Position numbers and translations under genes: made by a program
In this document: positions 9,445 to 18,745 of the stretch, in pieces
Position numbering within the stretch: position 1 is the first letter of the stretch
Layout: the number at the start of each line of letters is the position of its first letter
Virus record (IMG/VR): IMGVR_UViG_3300049454_000023
Coordinates: 1-53,090 of that record
Length of the DNA: 53,090 nt
Origin: a virus
Taxonomy: Duplodnaviria; Caudoviricetes
Reading direction: 5' to 3' (one strand)
The notes under the pieces: generated by a model
Databases searched by the model: none
What the model was told of the DNA's origin: nothing
What the model saw: the letters and a program-made list of their open reading frames with translations, nothing else

Positions 9445-9485
9445 TTCCTGCCTCCTGTTCTTGGGTCGGCTCGGTCACGCGACGG

Positions 9486-9514
9486 AGTCTGTCAGGTCGC
9501 TTGCGCTTTGTCAA
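9486..9514 (-). promoter_or_regulatory. SigA-type promoter containing the 14-bp box
   Basis: TTGACA-AAGCGCAAGCGACCTGA(17)-CAGACT. Confidence 0.7.
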
Positions 9515-9828
9515 CAGGGGTTCGCGACAACGTGCGCCTCGAACCCCTCAACCGCAGCGTCGATCAGCAGGTCCACCGCATCGAGGCGCCGCACGAACTC
9601 CCAGACGCCCACGGTCGGCCCATGCGACCAGACCGCGAGGTAGGCGATCTGGCGCAGGTCGGCCTCAGGCGGAGCGCCGATGGAAGCCGCGTATTCCCAC
9701 GGCCCCACGTCCGCACACAGGATGCGGTAGTCGACCAAGAGCTCGGCGACACGTTTGCGGGCGACGGCGTCCTCGATGCGCGCTACCTCGGAAGGGAAGA
9801 TCGCGCGCAGCTTCTCGATTGCCTTCAC
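9511..9828 (-). CDS. Hypothetical protein
   Basis: GTG start preceded by a TAGTGT -10-like hexamer. Confidence 0.55.
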   Translation of the reverse strand: MKAIEKLRAIFPSEVARIEDAVARKRVAELLVDYRILCADVGPWEYAASIGAPPEADLRQIAYLAVWSHGPTVGVWEFVRRLDAVDLLIDAAVEGFEAHVVANPC

Positions 9829-9869
9829 GGCCGGGACACTATCGGCGGCGGTGGACTGAACCGGGGGCG

Positions 9870-10226
9870 TCAGGAAGGCGGACTTTGCGAGGCGTCTAGC
9901 GCGCCGGCGGCTTCACGTAGCAGGGCCGCCGCGTCATAAGCCGAGAGGCCGACGACGAAGACCGAGGTGCCGCCCTGGCTCTCGACAACTAGGGCACCCC
10001 AATCCACAAAGCGGCTTTCCTCCTGTATCAGGGAGTCGGCCCCGAGGTTGATCTGCACGTTCGGAGCCTCAGTCGAAGCAGGCACGTAGAGAACCGGGGT
10101 CCAGCCACGACTTTCAAGGTCAGCGGCTCGCTCTCGAAGCCAGCCCTCTCCCGCGCTGGGCTGCGGCTTAGGAAGGTGGACGCCTAGATCGTCGTGAAAC
10201 CAGAGAGTGATCGCGGTTTCGCTCAT
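9870..10226 (-). CDS. Hypothetical protein
   Basis: ATGA coupling. Confidence 0.6.
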   Translation of the reverse strand: MSETAITLWFHDDLGVHLPKPQPSAGEGWLRERAADLESRGWTPVLYVPASTEAPNVQINLGADSLIQEESRFVDWGALVVESQGGTSVFVVGLSAYDAAALLREAAGALDASQSPPS

Positions 10227-10600
10227 TCGTCCGGCATCTCCTCGGCCATCCAGGCGTCGGCCTCGTCAATAGGCGGCGCCCACTCCTCGGCGGCGCTGGT
10301 TAGCGCGTCGTGGGCACGAGAGGCAATCGCGCGGGCCGTCGGATCAAGCAGGGTCGGGGCAGGCTCGGTCGACTCGAAGAAGTCGATCTGTACCGGCTCT
10401 GGCTCGGCGACCTCCGTGTTCGGCCCCGGCCCCGCCTTCTCGCATTTGTCGCAGTGGAAGCGGTCCGGCACGATGATTAGTTGCCAGCGCCGCAGGCCGC
10501 AGATCGGGCACGTATCCCATTCGCGCTCCAGGCCGTCCTTGGGCGGGCCGGTGCCGTAGTTGAGGACGCGCGGGTTTGAGCGGGGGGCGGTGGCGGGCAC
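10223..10600 (-). CDS. Zinc-ribbon protein
   Basis: CPICG...CDKC; GTG start overlaps the upstream stop. Confidence 0.55.
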   Translation of the reverse strand: MPATAPRSNPRVLNYGTGPPKDGLEREWDTCPICGLRRWQLIIVPDRFHCDKCEKAGPGPNTEVAEPEPVQIDFFESTEPAPTLLDPTARAIASRAHDALTSAAEEWAPPIDEADAWMAEEMPDE

Positions 10601-10809
10601 TAGCCGCGCTCCGACTCGATTTCGTCCACGCACATGGCGATATGGGTTCCGATCAGCCCCCACTTGTTGCCGCCGCCGTCGGCGCCACCGTGCATGTAGT
10701 TGTAGGCCGCCTGACGAATCTCTCCGGCGGAGAGAGGGGTCGGAGCCGTCGAACGGACTCGCTTCAGAAGGCGCTCCCAATCCGCGTCGGTCCAAGTTGC
10801 ATAACTCAT
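10600..10809 (-). CDS. Hypothetical protein
   Basis: SD GAGGAG; lies downstream of a boxed promoter. Confidence 0.6.
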   Translation of the reverse strand: MSYATWTDADWERLLKRVRSTAPTPLSAGEIRQAAYNYMHGGADGGGNKWGLIGTHIAMCVDEIESERG

Positions 10810-10826
10810 CGCCGCTCCTCTCGGTT

Positions 10827-10864
10827 CATGCCCGAACCCTACCGAACCTCTTGCGCTTTGTCAA
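10827..10864 (-). promoter_or_regulatory. Boxed SigA-type promoter with ATGAACCG start
   Basis: TTGACA-AAGCGCAAGAGGTTCGG(17)-TAGGGT-N6-ATGAACCG. Confidence 0.7.
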
Positions 10865-10870
10865 GCGAGT

Positions 10871-11089
10871 CTAGGCCGCAGCGGGGGCGCCGGTGCGATC
10901 GCGCTCAGCCTTGAAGGACTCAACATCGCGGGTCCAGAAGATCGGCGATTCGTTTTTGCCTTCCTTGTCGATGGGCGCAGGGAAGTCTGGGTGGTCGATA
11001 ATGGACTGCGTTCCTTGGCGGCTGACGCCGAAGATCTGGGCGATCTTGTAGCGGCCAGCGAGTGATCCTGGCTGAGTCGGTTCCTTCAC
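10871..11089 (-). CDS. AlpA/excisionase-like HTH DNA-binding protein (Cro-like candidate)
   Basis: LAGRYKIAQIFGVSRQ...HPDFPAP...PIFWTRDVESF; own boxed promoter TTGACC-N17-TAAGCT at 11098-11126. Confidence 0.75.
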   Translation of the reverse strand: MKEPTQPGSLAGRYKIAQIFGVSRQGTQSIIDHPDFPAPIDKEGKNESPIFWTRDVESFKAERDRTGAPAAA

Positions 11090-11103
11090 AGGGCGGTAGC
11101 TTA

Positions 11104-11706
11104 CTAGGTGCCTTGCGCTTGGTCAAGCGTCGTTTGCTCGGGCTTCGGCTGGCCAATGACTTCGCGGATGCGCTCTATGGGCGCGGCGTTGCACCTCTCC
11201 TCGAAGCGATCAGCGGTTTCAAAGGCCAGGTGGAAGCCCGTGTGCCGCTTCGGCGTGCCGTTCTTGCGGGTCGTCACGAAGGGATCGTGGGCGAGACCGT
11301 CGACCGCGAGCTTGCACAGTGCCTCGGCGTGGGCGAGTCGCGCTTCTGCCGAATCCGGGCGGCCCTTTTTCGCTCGGCTCAGGCGCTCCAGGTGGGGCCG
11401 GATCATCTCGAAGCGGTCGAGGCTGAACTCTGAGCGGGGGTGGTTGCACTGTCGCCTCCAGTGCTCGAAGACGCGTAGCGCCGCAGGCCAGCAGGGCGAT
11501 TCCTCGGCTTCGGCATCCTTGTCCCTCTTGAGTTCCGCATATCTCGCCGCCCAGCCACGTACGTCGCGCTGTAGGCCCGCGACGGTGTCCTCAAGCTCTT
11601 GCCTGTAGTCGGCCAGCATCCCGACCCGCTCCCCCGTCTCGGGGTTGACGACGATCAGGGGGGGCGAGTCTGAGACCGGGGTCAGGTGGCGGGCCGGTTC
11701 GCTCAT
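11104..11706 (-). CDS. Putative replication protein: coiled coil plus conserved phage replication-protein C-terminal-like domain
   Basis: VFEHW...R..I...L...CKLAVDG..HDPF...KNG...F.L.F resembles C-terminal domains of phage initiators; no N-terminal HTH seen. Confidence 0.5.
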   Translation of the reverse strand: MSEPARHLTPVSDSPPLIVVNPETGERVGMLADYRQELEDTVAGLQRDVRGWAARYAELKRDKDAEAEESPCWPAALRVFEHWRRQCNHPRSEFSLDRFEMIRPHLERLSRAKKGRPDSAEARLAHAEALCKLAVDGLAHDPFVTTRKNGTPKRHTGFHLAFETADRFEERCNAAPIERIREVIGQPKPEQTTLDQAQGT

Positions 11707-11969
11707 CCCGCCGCCCAGACCCGTAGCGCCTCGTCCAGAAGCTTGGCGCGCTCATCGCCGCTCGCGCACAAGAGCCGAGCAAGCGCGTCGCCACGTTCGC
11801 GCTGGCGCTGCACGTCCTGGCGCAGTTCGCTGATCCGGTCTTCCAACTCCAAGGTCCGGATGCCTTCGCTGAGGGCGTCAGGATCGACCCGCTCCAAGGC
11901 CGTGAGGGCGCGCTGAATCTGGGCCTTCGCAAAGCGTACGCGGGGCGGGACTTCGGCCTCTGCCGCCAC
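11703..11969 (-). CDS. Coiled-coil hypothetical protein
   Basis: ATGA coupling to the next gene. Confidence 0.55.
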   Translation of the reverse strand: MAAEAEVPPRVRFAKAQIQRALTALERVDPDALSEGIRTLELEDRISELRQDVQRQRERGDALARLLCASGDERAKLLDEALRVWAAG

Positions 11970-12018
11970 TTACGTTAGCCTGAACGGGTCGATCATCACA
12001 GACGGCGACCCTACAGAC

Positions 12019-12050
12019 AGAGGGCGGCTCCCGCAAGGAAGTCGCCCTCT
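12019..12050. terminator. Intrinsic terminator-like hairpin
   Basis: agagggcggct / agtcgccctct inverted repeat. Confidence 0.55.
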
Positions 12051-12078
12051 TCTGTTCTACGGAAGGTGCAGGGAGAAG

Positions 12079-12441
12079 CTAGCCGGTGACGGCCTCGATC
12101 TGAAGCATCTTGAACTGATGCTCGCGTTCGACCTCGATCGTCTCGCCATCGTTCACCTTGTGGTTGATCGACACCTTTGAGACGCGCAGTTTGACCACGG
12201 CCTCGATCACTTCACCGGGCTGGTACTCGCCCTTCGGGATATCGATCTTCCCGCCGACCAGTTTCGCCGTCGCCTTGTCGGGCGCCTGACCGCCGATCTT
12301 GAGCGAGAGCTGGCCGCGACCCTCTAGCTCGATGGGCGGCGCCTTTGGTTTCGGCTGCTCGTCAGGGTGCTCGCCGTCAAGCGGTTCATCGCTTCCGCCA
12401 TTGCCATTCGCAGTCTGGGGTCGTTTTGCTACTACCTCCAT
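12079..12441 (-). CDS. Hypothetical protein (beta-rich C-terminus)
   Basis: SD GGAGGA before the ATG at 12441. Confidence 0.65.
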   Translation of the reverse strand: MEVVAKRPQTANGNGGSDEPLDGEHPDEQPKPKAPPIELEGRGQLSLKIGGQAPDKATAKLVGGKIDIPKGEYQPGEVIEAVVKLRVSKVSINHKVNDGETIEVEREHQFKMLQIEAVTG

Positions 12442-12509
12442 GCCGGTCCTCCGTTCGTCGTTAACGTTCGGCGGCATAAAAGCCGATGGGCCGGACGGCT
12501 CGTCTGTGT

Positions 12510-13034
12510 TTAGCGGAGGAAGCCCACGTCGATCAGGGTCCGCGCCTGCTCGCCGACCTCGCCGAAACGCTTGACCCCAACCCAACTGACGACGCGGGAA
12601 TCGTTCGTGAACAGGACGCCAGTCAGCGCGTCCCAAATCGCTCTGTCGAGCTTGTCGCCGTCAGGGGCGGTGTCGGGGTAGCGATGCGCGCCCTTGCGCA
12701 GGGTAACGCCGTCGGTGAGGTAGTCGTTCGGCGAGCGCTCGCGAACGAAGACAATCGAGAGGAAGATCGGCCCGTCCCAAAGCTCGCGCAGCCACTCGGG
12801 TTTCGAGTAGGTGGCCGTCTCGGCGACCAGCTTGCGCCAGCGGTTCAGCGCCGTCTTGTTGTCGTCGATGACGCGGACGTGGCCGAAGTTGTCGACGAAG
12901 CCCTTCTTGGACCCCTGCGGGACCGCCTCGCCGACGACCTCGAACTTAAAGAGGCCGAAGAGGTCAGAGTCGAGCGGAGCCGCCGCCGGATCGGTCGGGG
13001 GCGTCAGCGGCGATATGAGCGTTGCCTGCTCCAT
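12510..13034 (-). CDS. rusA: RusA-family Holliday junction resolvase
   Basis: G.AVPQGSK and PDGDKLDRAIWDALTG..FTNDS.V motifs. Confidence 0.9.
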   Translation of the reverse strand: MEQATLISPLTPPTDPAAAPLDSDLFGLFKFEVVGEAVPQGSKKGFVDNFGHVRVIDDNKTALNRWRKLVAETATYSKPEWLRELWDGPIFLSIVFVRERSPNDYLTDGVTLRKGAHRYPDTAPDGDKLDRAIWDALTGVLFTNDSRVVSWVGVKRFGEVGEQARTLIDVGFLR

Positions 13035-13130
13035 GCCGCAAGTCTGCCTCCCAGATCGGCGGAACGGGCGTTAGGCGGCGGGAGAGAGGCGCAGGCGGGG
13101 CATGGGGCGGGGCCAGAGGTAGCCGATGGT

Positions 13131-13247
13131 TCAGTCCCCCTTGTAACGCCTGCCCCCGGGCGCGGTCAAGTCCATGAGGCGACCGAGACCGTAGATGCCG
13201 ACAGGTAGCAGAAGGAAGAAGAGGATGATTTCGACGGCGGTGCTCAC
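13131..13247 (-). CDS. Small membrane peptide (38 aa)
   Basis: MSTAVEIILFFLLLPVGIYGLGRLMDL...; GTGA coupling. Confidence 0.5.
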   Translation of the reverse strand: MSTAVEIILFFLLLPVGIYGLGRLMDLTAPGGRRYKGD

Positions 13248-13534
13248 GGTGCGGGATGCGGCGGAGTCTGATGCGGCGTCACCGTCTCGGCGCTCGGCTC
13301 CGGGTCAAGCTCGACCTGCTGCATCCCGAGCTTCGGCACCATGCGCTCGACCATCTTGCGCGGCGTGAAGCGCTGGGTCGCGTAGAAAATCGCCTCCGGC
13401 TTGTCGGCGTAGTGGGTCGCCTGGACTCGCTTGCAGGCTTGCTCGGTCGTGTTGGCGATGATGCCTCGGTGCAGCTTCCAGTTCACGCCTTCGTCGATCG
13501 AGACGAGGACGGAGAATCGGGTCTCATCGGTCAT
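13244..13534 (-). CDS. Hypothetical protein
   Basis: SD AAGGA; ATGA coupling. Confidence 0.6.
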   Translation of the reverse strand: MTDETRFSVLVSIDEGVNWKLHRGIIANTTEQACKRVQATHYADKPEAIFYATQRFTPRKMVERMVPKLGMQQVELDPEPSAETVTPHQTPPHPAP

Positions 13535-13905
13535 TCGGGATTCCTTTCGGTGGCAACGGTTATCAGATGGTTGGCGGTGTCGAAGTCGAAGCCGAATTCC
13601 CGTAGCCAGCCGTGGTGATTGGCGGTCAGCGCCGAGTAGAGCGCCACGGCCGCGCCAACCGTCGTGCCCTCGGCCTTTAGCGGGATCGAGGCGCTAAGTG
13701 CCTGCTCAATCGCCTGCATCGTCCGAGTGTGCTGAGAGCCATCCGGCTCGATCTTCGTTCGCACCGCAACTAGGTACAGGGCTTCTTCGGCTGGCTCGGC
13801 GAGTTCCCGTTCCAACTCCTCGATTCGCGGCACGTGGCCGCCCTCACCGCTAGCACTCTTAGCGCGCAATTCTGCCAACTCTCGGACTAACTCGTCATGG
13901 TCCAT
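13531..13905 (-). CDS. Hypothetical protein
   Basis: SD GGAGG. Confidence 0.6.
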   Translation of the reverse strand: MDHDELVRELAELRAKSASGEGGHVPRIEELERELAEPAEEALYLVAVRTKIEPDGSQHTRTMQAIEQALSASIPLKAEGTTVGAAVALYSALTANHHGWLREFGFDFDTANHLITVATERNPE

Positions 13906-15241
13906 TGGTTCCTCCCGGTTCGATTTTCCGCTTGGCGAAAGACACGCCCTCGCTGCGTTTCACATGATCATCGCGGTTGAATGGCTCGCCAAACCGCGCA
14001 GCCGCCTCAGCCGAAGCAAAGAGATTGTCGCGGTCGATGATCTTCTCAGTCTGGGTCGGGGTGAAGACGAGCGCGAGGTCGGTGCCGATCCGCACGCCGA
14101 GGATCGGGTCGCCGTTCTCATCGGTGCCGATCCGCAAGTCCTCGTCGGGGAAGGTTTCGGCGGCCTTCTTCAGGCGGCCTTTGAGACGCTGGGCGCTGCC
14201 GCTCATGAAGTTCCACGTGGTCGCCGCCTTCTCTAGATCGGCAATCGAGTCGAGGTTCGCGTTCTGGGACTCGGGACGCAGGACGCGGGGCAGGGGGCAT
14301 TTCGCCTCGCAAGGGCATTCCCGACAGTGGTTGCCCTCCGTGGCGGTCCACTTGCGTTTGCCGATGCAGACCTCGCGGAGGCGCTTTAGCTGCAAGTCGA
14401 GATCGTCGCGGAAGGACTGGACCTGGAGCCGGTCTACTTCGACGCGGCGGCGGTCAATGCCATCGTCCCTCAGGATGCGGGGGAATTCGAGGTCCAAAAT
14501 GAATCTCTCGAAGTTGCCAAGCGGCAGGCCGTCGTCAGTGATGCCGAACGCGGCCACCACTGCGGCCATGTTCAACTGATAGTTGCCGGCCCAGCGCGGG
14601 TTGCCGTGGGAGTCGTAAGCCTGCGCGCGGAATTCTTCGGAGTCGGGCGGCCACGCCGTTTTGTAGTCCCGGATTCGACACACGCGAGGTTCCGGTTCTT
14701 CGATCAGGTCCGGTCTAATCAACACCCGAAAGCCGCCCGTTTCCAGCGTCAACGTCTTCTCGATGCCAATGATTTTGTCCGGCTCGAAGGTCGTCCCCCG
14801 ACAGAAGTGATCCACCATGTAGCGACAGGCGTCCCGTTCCTCGGCGCTGACCTGCAACTCGGGCCGCTCGGCCATGACCTCGTAGAGAACCTGTCTGCCG
14901 AGGTCGGGTGGGATCGTATTCCCTAGCTGGTCGACCAGGTGTTCGGCGTGTTCGCGAGCGTCTTCGATTTCGTAGTCGGGTGCCGGATCAGTGCCTATAC
15001 CCTCCGCCCGTTCACGATGCGCGGCGAGCAGCATCCGCTCTAGGCGCTCGGCTACCTCATGCACAATCGACCCACGATTGAGTTCGTGGGTGGCCGCCCC
15101 GCCGCCGTACTGGAGCAGAAGGAGCGCCGCGCGATCACAGGCGTCCATGCGACGTAGGAACGTCTGTGAGGGCGTCCAGTCGGGCGCGAAATCGGGCTGG
15201 GCCTCCTCGGAAATCGGCGGCAAATCTCGCCAGTTCGTCAC
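13895..15241 (-). CDS. PD-(D/E)xK exonuclease, Cas4/AddB-like
   Basis: RGSIVHEVAE, RPDLIE...IRDYKT and YQL motifs; N-terminal Cys plus C-terminal CRECPCEAKC Fe-S-type cluster. Confidence 0.85.
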   Translation of the reverse strand: MTNWRDLPPISEEAQPDFAPDWTPSQTFLRRMDACDRAALLLLQYGGGAATHELNRGSIVHEVAERLERMLLAAHRERAEGIGTDPAPDYEIEDAREHAEHLVDQLGNTIPPDLGRQVLYEVMAERPELQVSAEERDACRYMVDHFCRGTTFEPDKIIGIEKTLTLETGGFRVLIRPDLIEEPEPRVCRIRDYKTAWPPDSEEFRAQAYDSHGNPRWAGNYQLNMAAVVAAFGITDDGLPLGNFERFILDLEFPRILRDDGIDRRRVEVDRLQVQSFRDDLDLQLKRLREVCIGKRKWTATEGNHCRECPCEAKCPLPRVLRPESQNANLDSIADLEKAATTWNFMSGSAQRLKGRLKKAAETFPDEDLRIGTDENGDPILGVRIGTDLALVFTPTQTEKIIDRDNLFASAEAAARFGEPFNRDDHVKRSEGVSFAKRKIEPGGTNGP

Positions 15242-15531
15242 AGGCCCCAGCGCTCTTTCATCTCGGCGTCGAGCGCTTCGCATTCCTCGCGATTCATCAG
15301 CCGGTTGCACCACTCGGGTGCGATCTCACGGTCGTCGGGACAGCGCTGGAGATGGACTTCGCCACCGGGGTTGATCCCGAGAAGGTGAGCCTGCGGAACC
15401 GGGTCGCTCATCCGGGGCTGGCCCATGATCATTTCGGTACCCTTGACTATGCAGGCACCGAGGAACTGTTCGCCCTCGGGAAGACCCCCGTCGGCGAAGC
15501 TAAGCCACCACCAGTACATCGGCTCAGTCAT
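15238..15531 (-). CDS. Conserved phage hypothetical protein
   Basis: WWWLSFAD...FLGACIV...AHLLGINPGGEV motif. Confidence 0.65.
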   Translation of the reverse strand: MTEPMYWWWLSFADGGLPEGEQFLGACIVKGTEMIMGQPRMSDPVPQAHLLGINPGGEVHLQRCPDDREIAPEWCNRLMNREECEALDAEMKERWGL

Positions 15532-15991
15532 CCTCCGCCCCGTCCTCGTTGTAGACCCGCCGCACCTGATTTCCGTAGCACCATCCGCCTTGGCCGAGGT
15601 CGAACACGGCGTAGGGGAGTAGCGCGGCCTCGATTTGCCAAACCGCAACCGCAGTTGACTCGGGCGTCGTGTATTCGCCATCGGCACCCTCGGCTGCGGG
15701 GTCGCGCCTCGGGCAGAAGGTGACGCTGATCCCCGTAATCGGCATCCGGTCCCCGTGCCGCTCCACGTCGGCCAACATCCCGACCTTGATCAGGGTGTCG
15801 GGGGGCATCGGCAACGCTTGCTCGTTGGCGCTATGAGCTTCATCACGTTCGCGACAGGCGTCAACGAATTCCTTGATCTTCTTGCTTAGCAGCCGCTCGC
15901 AGTCCGTTTTGCTTTCTTCCAGCGCCACGACGACTTCCTTCTCTTCCCGCAGTTCGCCCCTAAGCGTGTCCACTTCGGTCTGGCTAGGCAT
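15524..15991 (-). CDS. Hypothetical protein
   Basis: SD AGGGAG; operon context. Confidence 0.6.
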   Translation of the reverse strand: MPSQTEVDTLRGELREEKEVVVALEESKTDCERLLSKKIKEFVDACRERDEAHSANEQALPMPPDTLIKVGMLADVERHGDRMPITGISVTFCPRRDPAAEGADGEYTTPESTAVAVWQIEAALLPYAVFDLGQGGWCYGNQVRRVYNEDGAEDD

Positions 15992-16041
15992 CGCTTGCTC
16001 CCTTAGTCGGCAACTCGACGGCTTCGATGGTGTAGTGGGGG

Positions 16042-16356
16042 TCAGGCATGGTCGGCCTCCAGAGTGTCGAGGGCAGATTCTGCTCGATCAAGCGCAGCGA
16101 TTAGCTCATGATCAGCAAGACCAGTGCGGTGGGTCATCTCTTGGTAGATCGCCTCCCTCACCCGCTCCCGCTCCTGAGAGCGGATGGCTGGGGCGGCAGC
16201 TTGGAGGCCCGCGCGGATGTTACGGCGCATAGAATCGTCTGCCCAATGCCCTGGCGGGGTTGCACTCCCCCGGGGCACTGCCGAAACCCAAAACGCCGTG
16301 AGGAACCCCTCAACCGCCTCCTCCGACACGTTCACGTCACTCCCCATCGGAACCAC
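16042..16356 (-). CDS. Hypothetical protein
   Basis: SD AAGGAGG; the start may be 16347. Confidence 0.6.
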   Translation of the reverse strand: MVPMGSDVNVSEEAVEGFLTAFWVSAVPRGSATPPGHWADDSMRRNIRAGLQAAAPAIRSQERERVREAIYQEMTHRTGLADHELIAALDRAESALDTLEADHA

Positions 16357-16516
16357 CTCCTTTGTCGAACTTGACGGAGCGTGACTGTTCGCGGTCGATC
16401 ACGACCTGATGCGTGGGGTTCTTCCGCTTGTGGGCACAGCCTTCTCCCGCTGCGCGTCGCGGCCGGTCAAAGTCGCCGCCCCTCCACCCGCAGGTCAGAC
16501 ACTGCGCGACGGTCAT
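16337..16516 (-). CDS. Small zinc-binding protein
   Basis: AQCLTCGW...AH...PTH motif. Confidence 0.5.
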   Translation of the reverse strand: MTVAQCLTCGWRGGDFDRPRRAAGEGCAHKRKNPTHQVVIDREQSRSVKFDKGGGSDGE

Positions 16517-16529
16517 TGACGTTCGCCAC

Positions 16530-17585
16530 CTAGGCATCGCCGTCACCCTTCGCCTCGGCCAACGCCTTCTCAAGCACTTCGACCCGCTCGCGACGAGAGG
16601 CCCGACGCTGGGCGCGGTCGATGATCTTCTTCCAGTCGGCCTCGTCCTCCAGCACTCCGGCTAGCTCCGTCTGCAACTCGTCGAAGCGGCGAACGTCGGC
16701 CAGCAGCTCGGTCAGGTTGCCGACGAAATCCTCCAGCCGCTCATGTGAGTGTTCGCGCTGGCCCATCGCGGCGTCGAAGGACTGAGCGGGGAGCGCCCCG
16801 TCGTCGATGGCGCGGATTTCGTCGCGCAGCTTGCGGGCATCGCCGCCGAGGGCCTTTGCCTTGTCGTCGTCGAGCGGCTCGCTCGCTTCCGAAGGGCCGC
16901 TTTCCTCCGCCTCAGCTTCGCCCACAGACCCCTCAGCGGCATCTCCGTGGTCGAGGGGGGCGCCGAAGGCCGCTTCGCCTTCGCGCCGCAGCCAATCTTC
17001 GTAGCACTTGCGCAGGTAGGCGAGATGCGGCTCGCGCAGGCCCGACGGTTTGCCGTCTTTGCGGCGCTTGATCGTCGGCGTCCCGTCGCTGCGCTCGGCT
17101 CCGTCCTCGGTAACGGCCAGTCGGAACTCTGGCATCGCATACAGCGATTCGCCGATCCCGAACTTGACCGCCGGTCGTTTCAGGGCGTCGGAGTGGACCG
17201 CCTTCAGCTTCATCTCGTCGGTGTGGCCCTGGCCGACGCCGAGGTCAGTGTGCGTCTGGTCGAAGACCGTTAGCTCGCAGAGCAGGGCGTTGGACTGTCC
17301 CTCGACGCGGATCGGCTTCTCCGACCAGTTGCCGCCGACGACTTTGTTCAGCCGCGCGCTGACGAGGCGAGCGTCGATGTAGCCGACGATGATCGCGCCC
17401 TCGGCGGGCTTGCCTTTCGGCCACGTGCTCTGGATCTTCCACTTCACGGCACCGGGCGTGAAGGGCTGGCGCAGATAGGGCAGGGCTTTGCTCACCGCCT
17501 GGCCTGGCACGTTGAAGATCGCCTGCTGGATGGGAAGCTCGGGCTTGCTCGCCTCGGCCTCTGGGGCCTGATCGGTGTCGCTCAT
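16530..17585 (-). CDS. Sak/Rad52-family single-strand annealing protein
   Basis: PF....VKWK, GYIDAR.V..RLN..VG.NW and SDALKRPAVKFGIG..LY motifs. Confidence 0.85.
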   Translation of the reverse strand: MSDTDQAPEAEASKPELPIQQAIFNVPGQAVSKALPYLRQPFTPGAVKWKIQSTWPKGKPAEGAIIVGYIDARLVSARLNKVVGGNWSEKPIRVEGQSNALLCELTVFDQTHTDLGVGQGHTDEMKLKAVHSDALKRPAVKFGIGESLYAMPEFRLAVTEDGAERSDGTPTIKRRKDGKPSGLREPHLAYLRKCYEDWLRREGEAAFGAPLDHGDAAEGSVGEAEAEESGPSEASEPLDDDKAKALGGDARKLRDEIRAIDDGALPAQSFDAAMGQREHSHERLEDFVGNLTELLADVRRFDELQTELAGVLEDEADWKKIIDRAQRRASRRERVEVLEKALAEAKGDGDA

Positions 17586-17619
17586 TCGGTTGTCTCCTAC
17601 TCGGTTGGGAAGGGTCGGG

Positions 17620-18129
17620 TCAAATCTCGGAAGGGAAGCGGTCTAGCTGGGACTCGATTCCCCAGTCGAAAGCGAAGTGGATCGCGTGCGTCGGGAGGTG
17701 TTCGTAGCGCAGCGTCAGGGGCGGGGTCAGGTGCAAATCGAATCGCCGATGGTGATGCTCGCAGGCCACGACGCCGTTGCGGGGGTCCCAGGCGGCGAGC
17801 AGAATCAGGTCGGCGCGGCCCTCGAAAATGAAGCGGTCGAGCACGGCCGGGATGCCCGCCGACCGCATCCCGAATGACGCGCCGTAGATCGAGAAGTCCG
17901 CACCGTCTTCGGGCAGCAGCGCCCACAACGCGTTTTCGACCCTCTGTCGCGAAATCAGATGAGCGCGCTCAAACCGACCCTCACAAGGCCGACGCCGCTC
18001 ATCGAACTGCGCCAGCCAGCAGCGGCCTAGCGCGCCCGGATAGGCGGGGGCGGGACGGGGCGGGGCGAGTTCGACCACGCCCTCGGCGAAGGCAGTGGTC
18101 AGCCAGGCGGGCGGCTTTGGCTTCGCCAT
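17620..18129 (-). CDS. HNH-like protein
   Basis: C...CEG.FERAHLIS...NGVVACEHHH..FD. Confidence 0.6.
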   Translation of the reverse strand: MAKPKPPAWLTTAFAEGVVELAPPRPAPAYPGALGRCWLAQFDERRRPCEGRFERAHLISRQRVENALWALLPEDGADFSIYGASFGMRSAGIPAVLDRFIFEGRADLILLAAWDPRNGVVACEHHHRRFDLHLTPPLTLRYEHLPTHAIHFAFDWGIESQLDRFPSEI

Positions 18130-18458
18130 CAGCGGTAATGGGGCGGCTTGATCCCCATCTCCTTAAACCGTTCCTCGCATTCGCGCAGCCAGCGCGTCCG
18201 ATTGTTGAGTAGGTCCAGTAGGTGGGCCTCGGCCCCGTCCCGATCAACCTTCATCTCTCGCCAGCGTGCGAGGGTGGCCGGATCGTCGGCCGCTGCGATC
18301 AGCGCCTCGGCGCAGTCAGCGGCCGTGCTGAGCCTTAGGCAGCGCAGGGCGCGAATCGCCCTGTCGCCAGTGTCCCCGTGAGTACCAGCCGGTGACGCGA
18401 TCCAGCGGGCGAGCGTGAAGAAGGCTTCGTCGAGGGCATCCTGCTTGACCTCGCCCAT
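18129..18458 (-). CDS. Hypothetical protein
   Basis: TGATG coupling. Confidence 0.6.
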   Translation of the reverse strand: MGEVKQDALDEAFFTLARWIASPAGTHGDTGDRAIRALRCLRLSTAADCAEALIAAADDPATLARWREMKVDRDGAEAHLLDLLNNRTRWLRECEERFKEMGIKPPHYR

Positions 18459-18745
18459 CAGCCGCCCAGCCCATCGGTCGTCTGCATGTTGGCGGCCTCG
18501 ACAACCTCCGACCAGGTGCCGACCTCGCGTTCTTCAAGCGTTGGCATGGCCGCGAAGGGCGCGGTCATGCGCTCCCAGCGAGCGTAGTCGGAATCCGACC
18601 AAGTCTCCTCGCTCGGCGGTTCGTCGGGATGACTGCGCAGAAGCACGTCCAGCATCGCTTCGGCCCCGCTGCGGGTCTGGTAAATCCTTGCTCGTTTCGG
18701 CTTGCCCTCGCGCTGCCAGGTGACCCGGTACTCGACGGCGGCCAT
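18458..18745 (-). CDS. Hypothetical protein
   Basis: TGATG coupling; SD GGAGG. Confidence 0.6.
   Translation of the reverse strand: MAAVEYRVTWQREGKPKRARIYQTRSGAEAMLDVLLRSHPDEPPSEETWSDSDYARWERMTAPFAAMPTLEEREVGTWSEVVEAANMQTTDGLGG

Noticed and set aside
10871-11089. Excisionase implying an integration module
   Set aside because: No tyrosine or serine integrase was recognised; a regulatory role is more parsimonious.
13895-15241. Cas4 as part of a CRISPR-Cas system
   Set aside because: No repeat-spacer array or other cas genes were seen; it sits with Sak and RusA as a recombination exonuclease.
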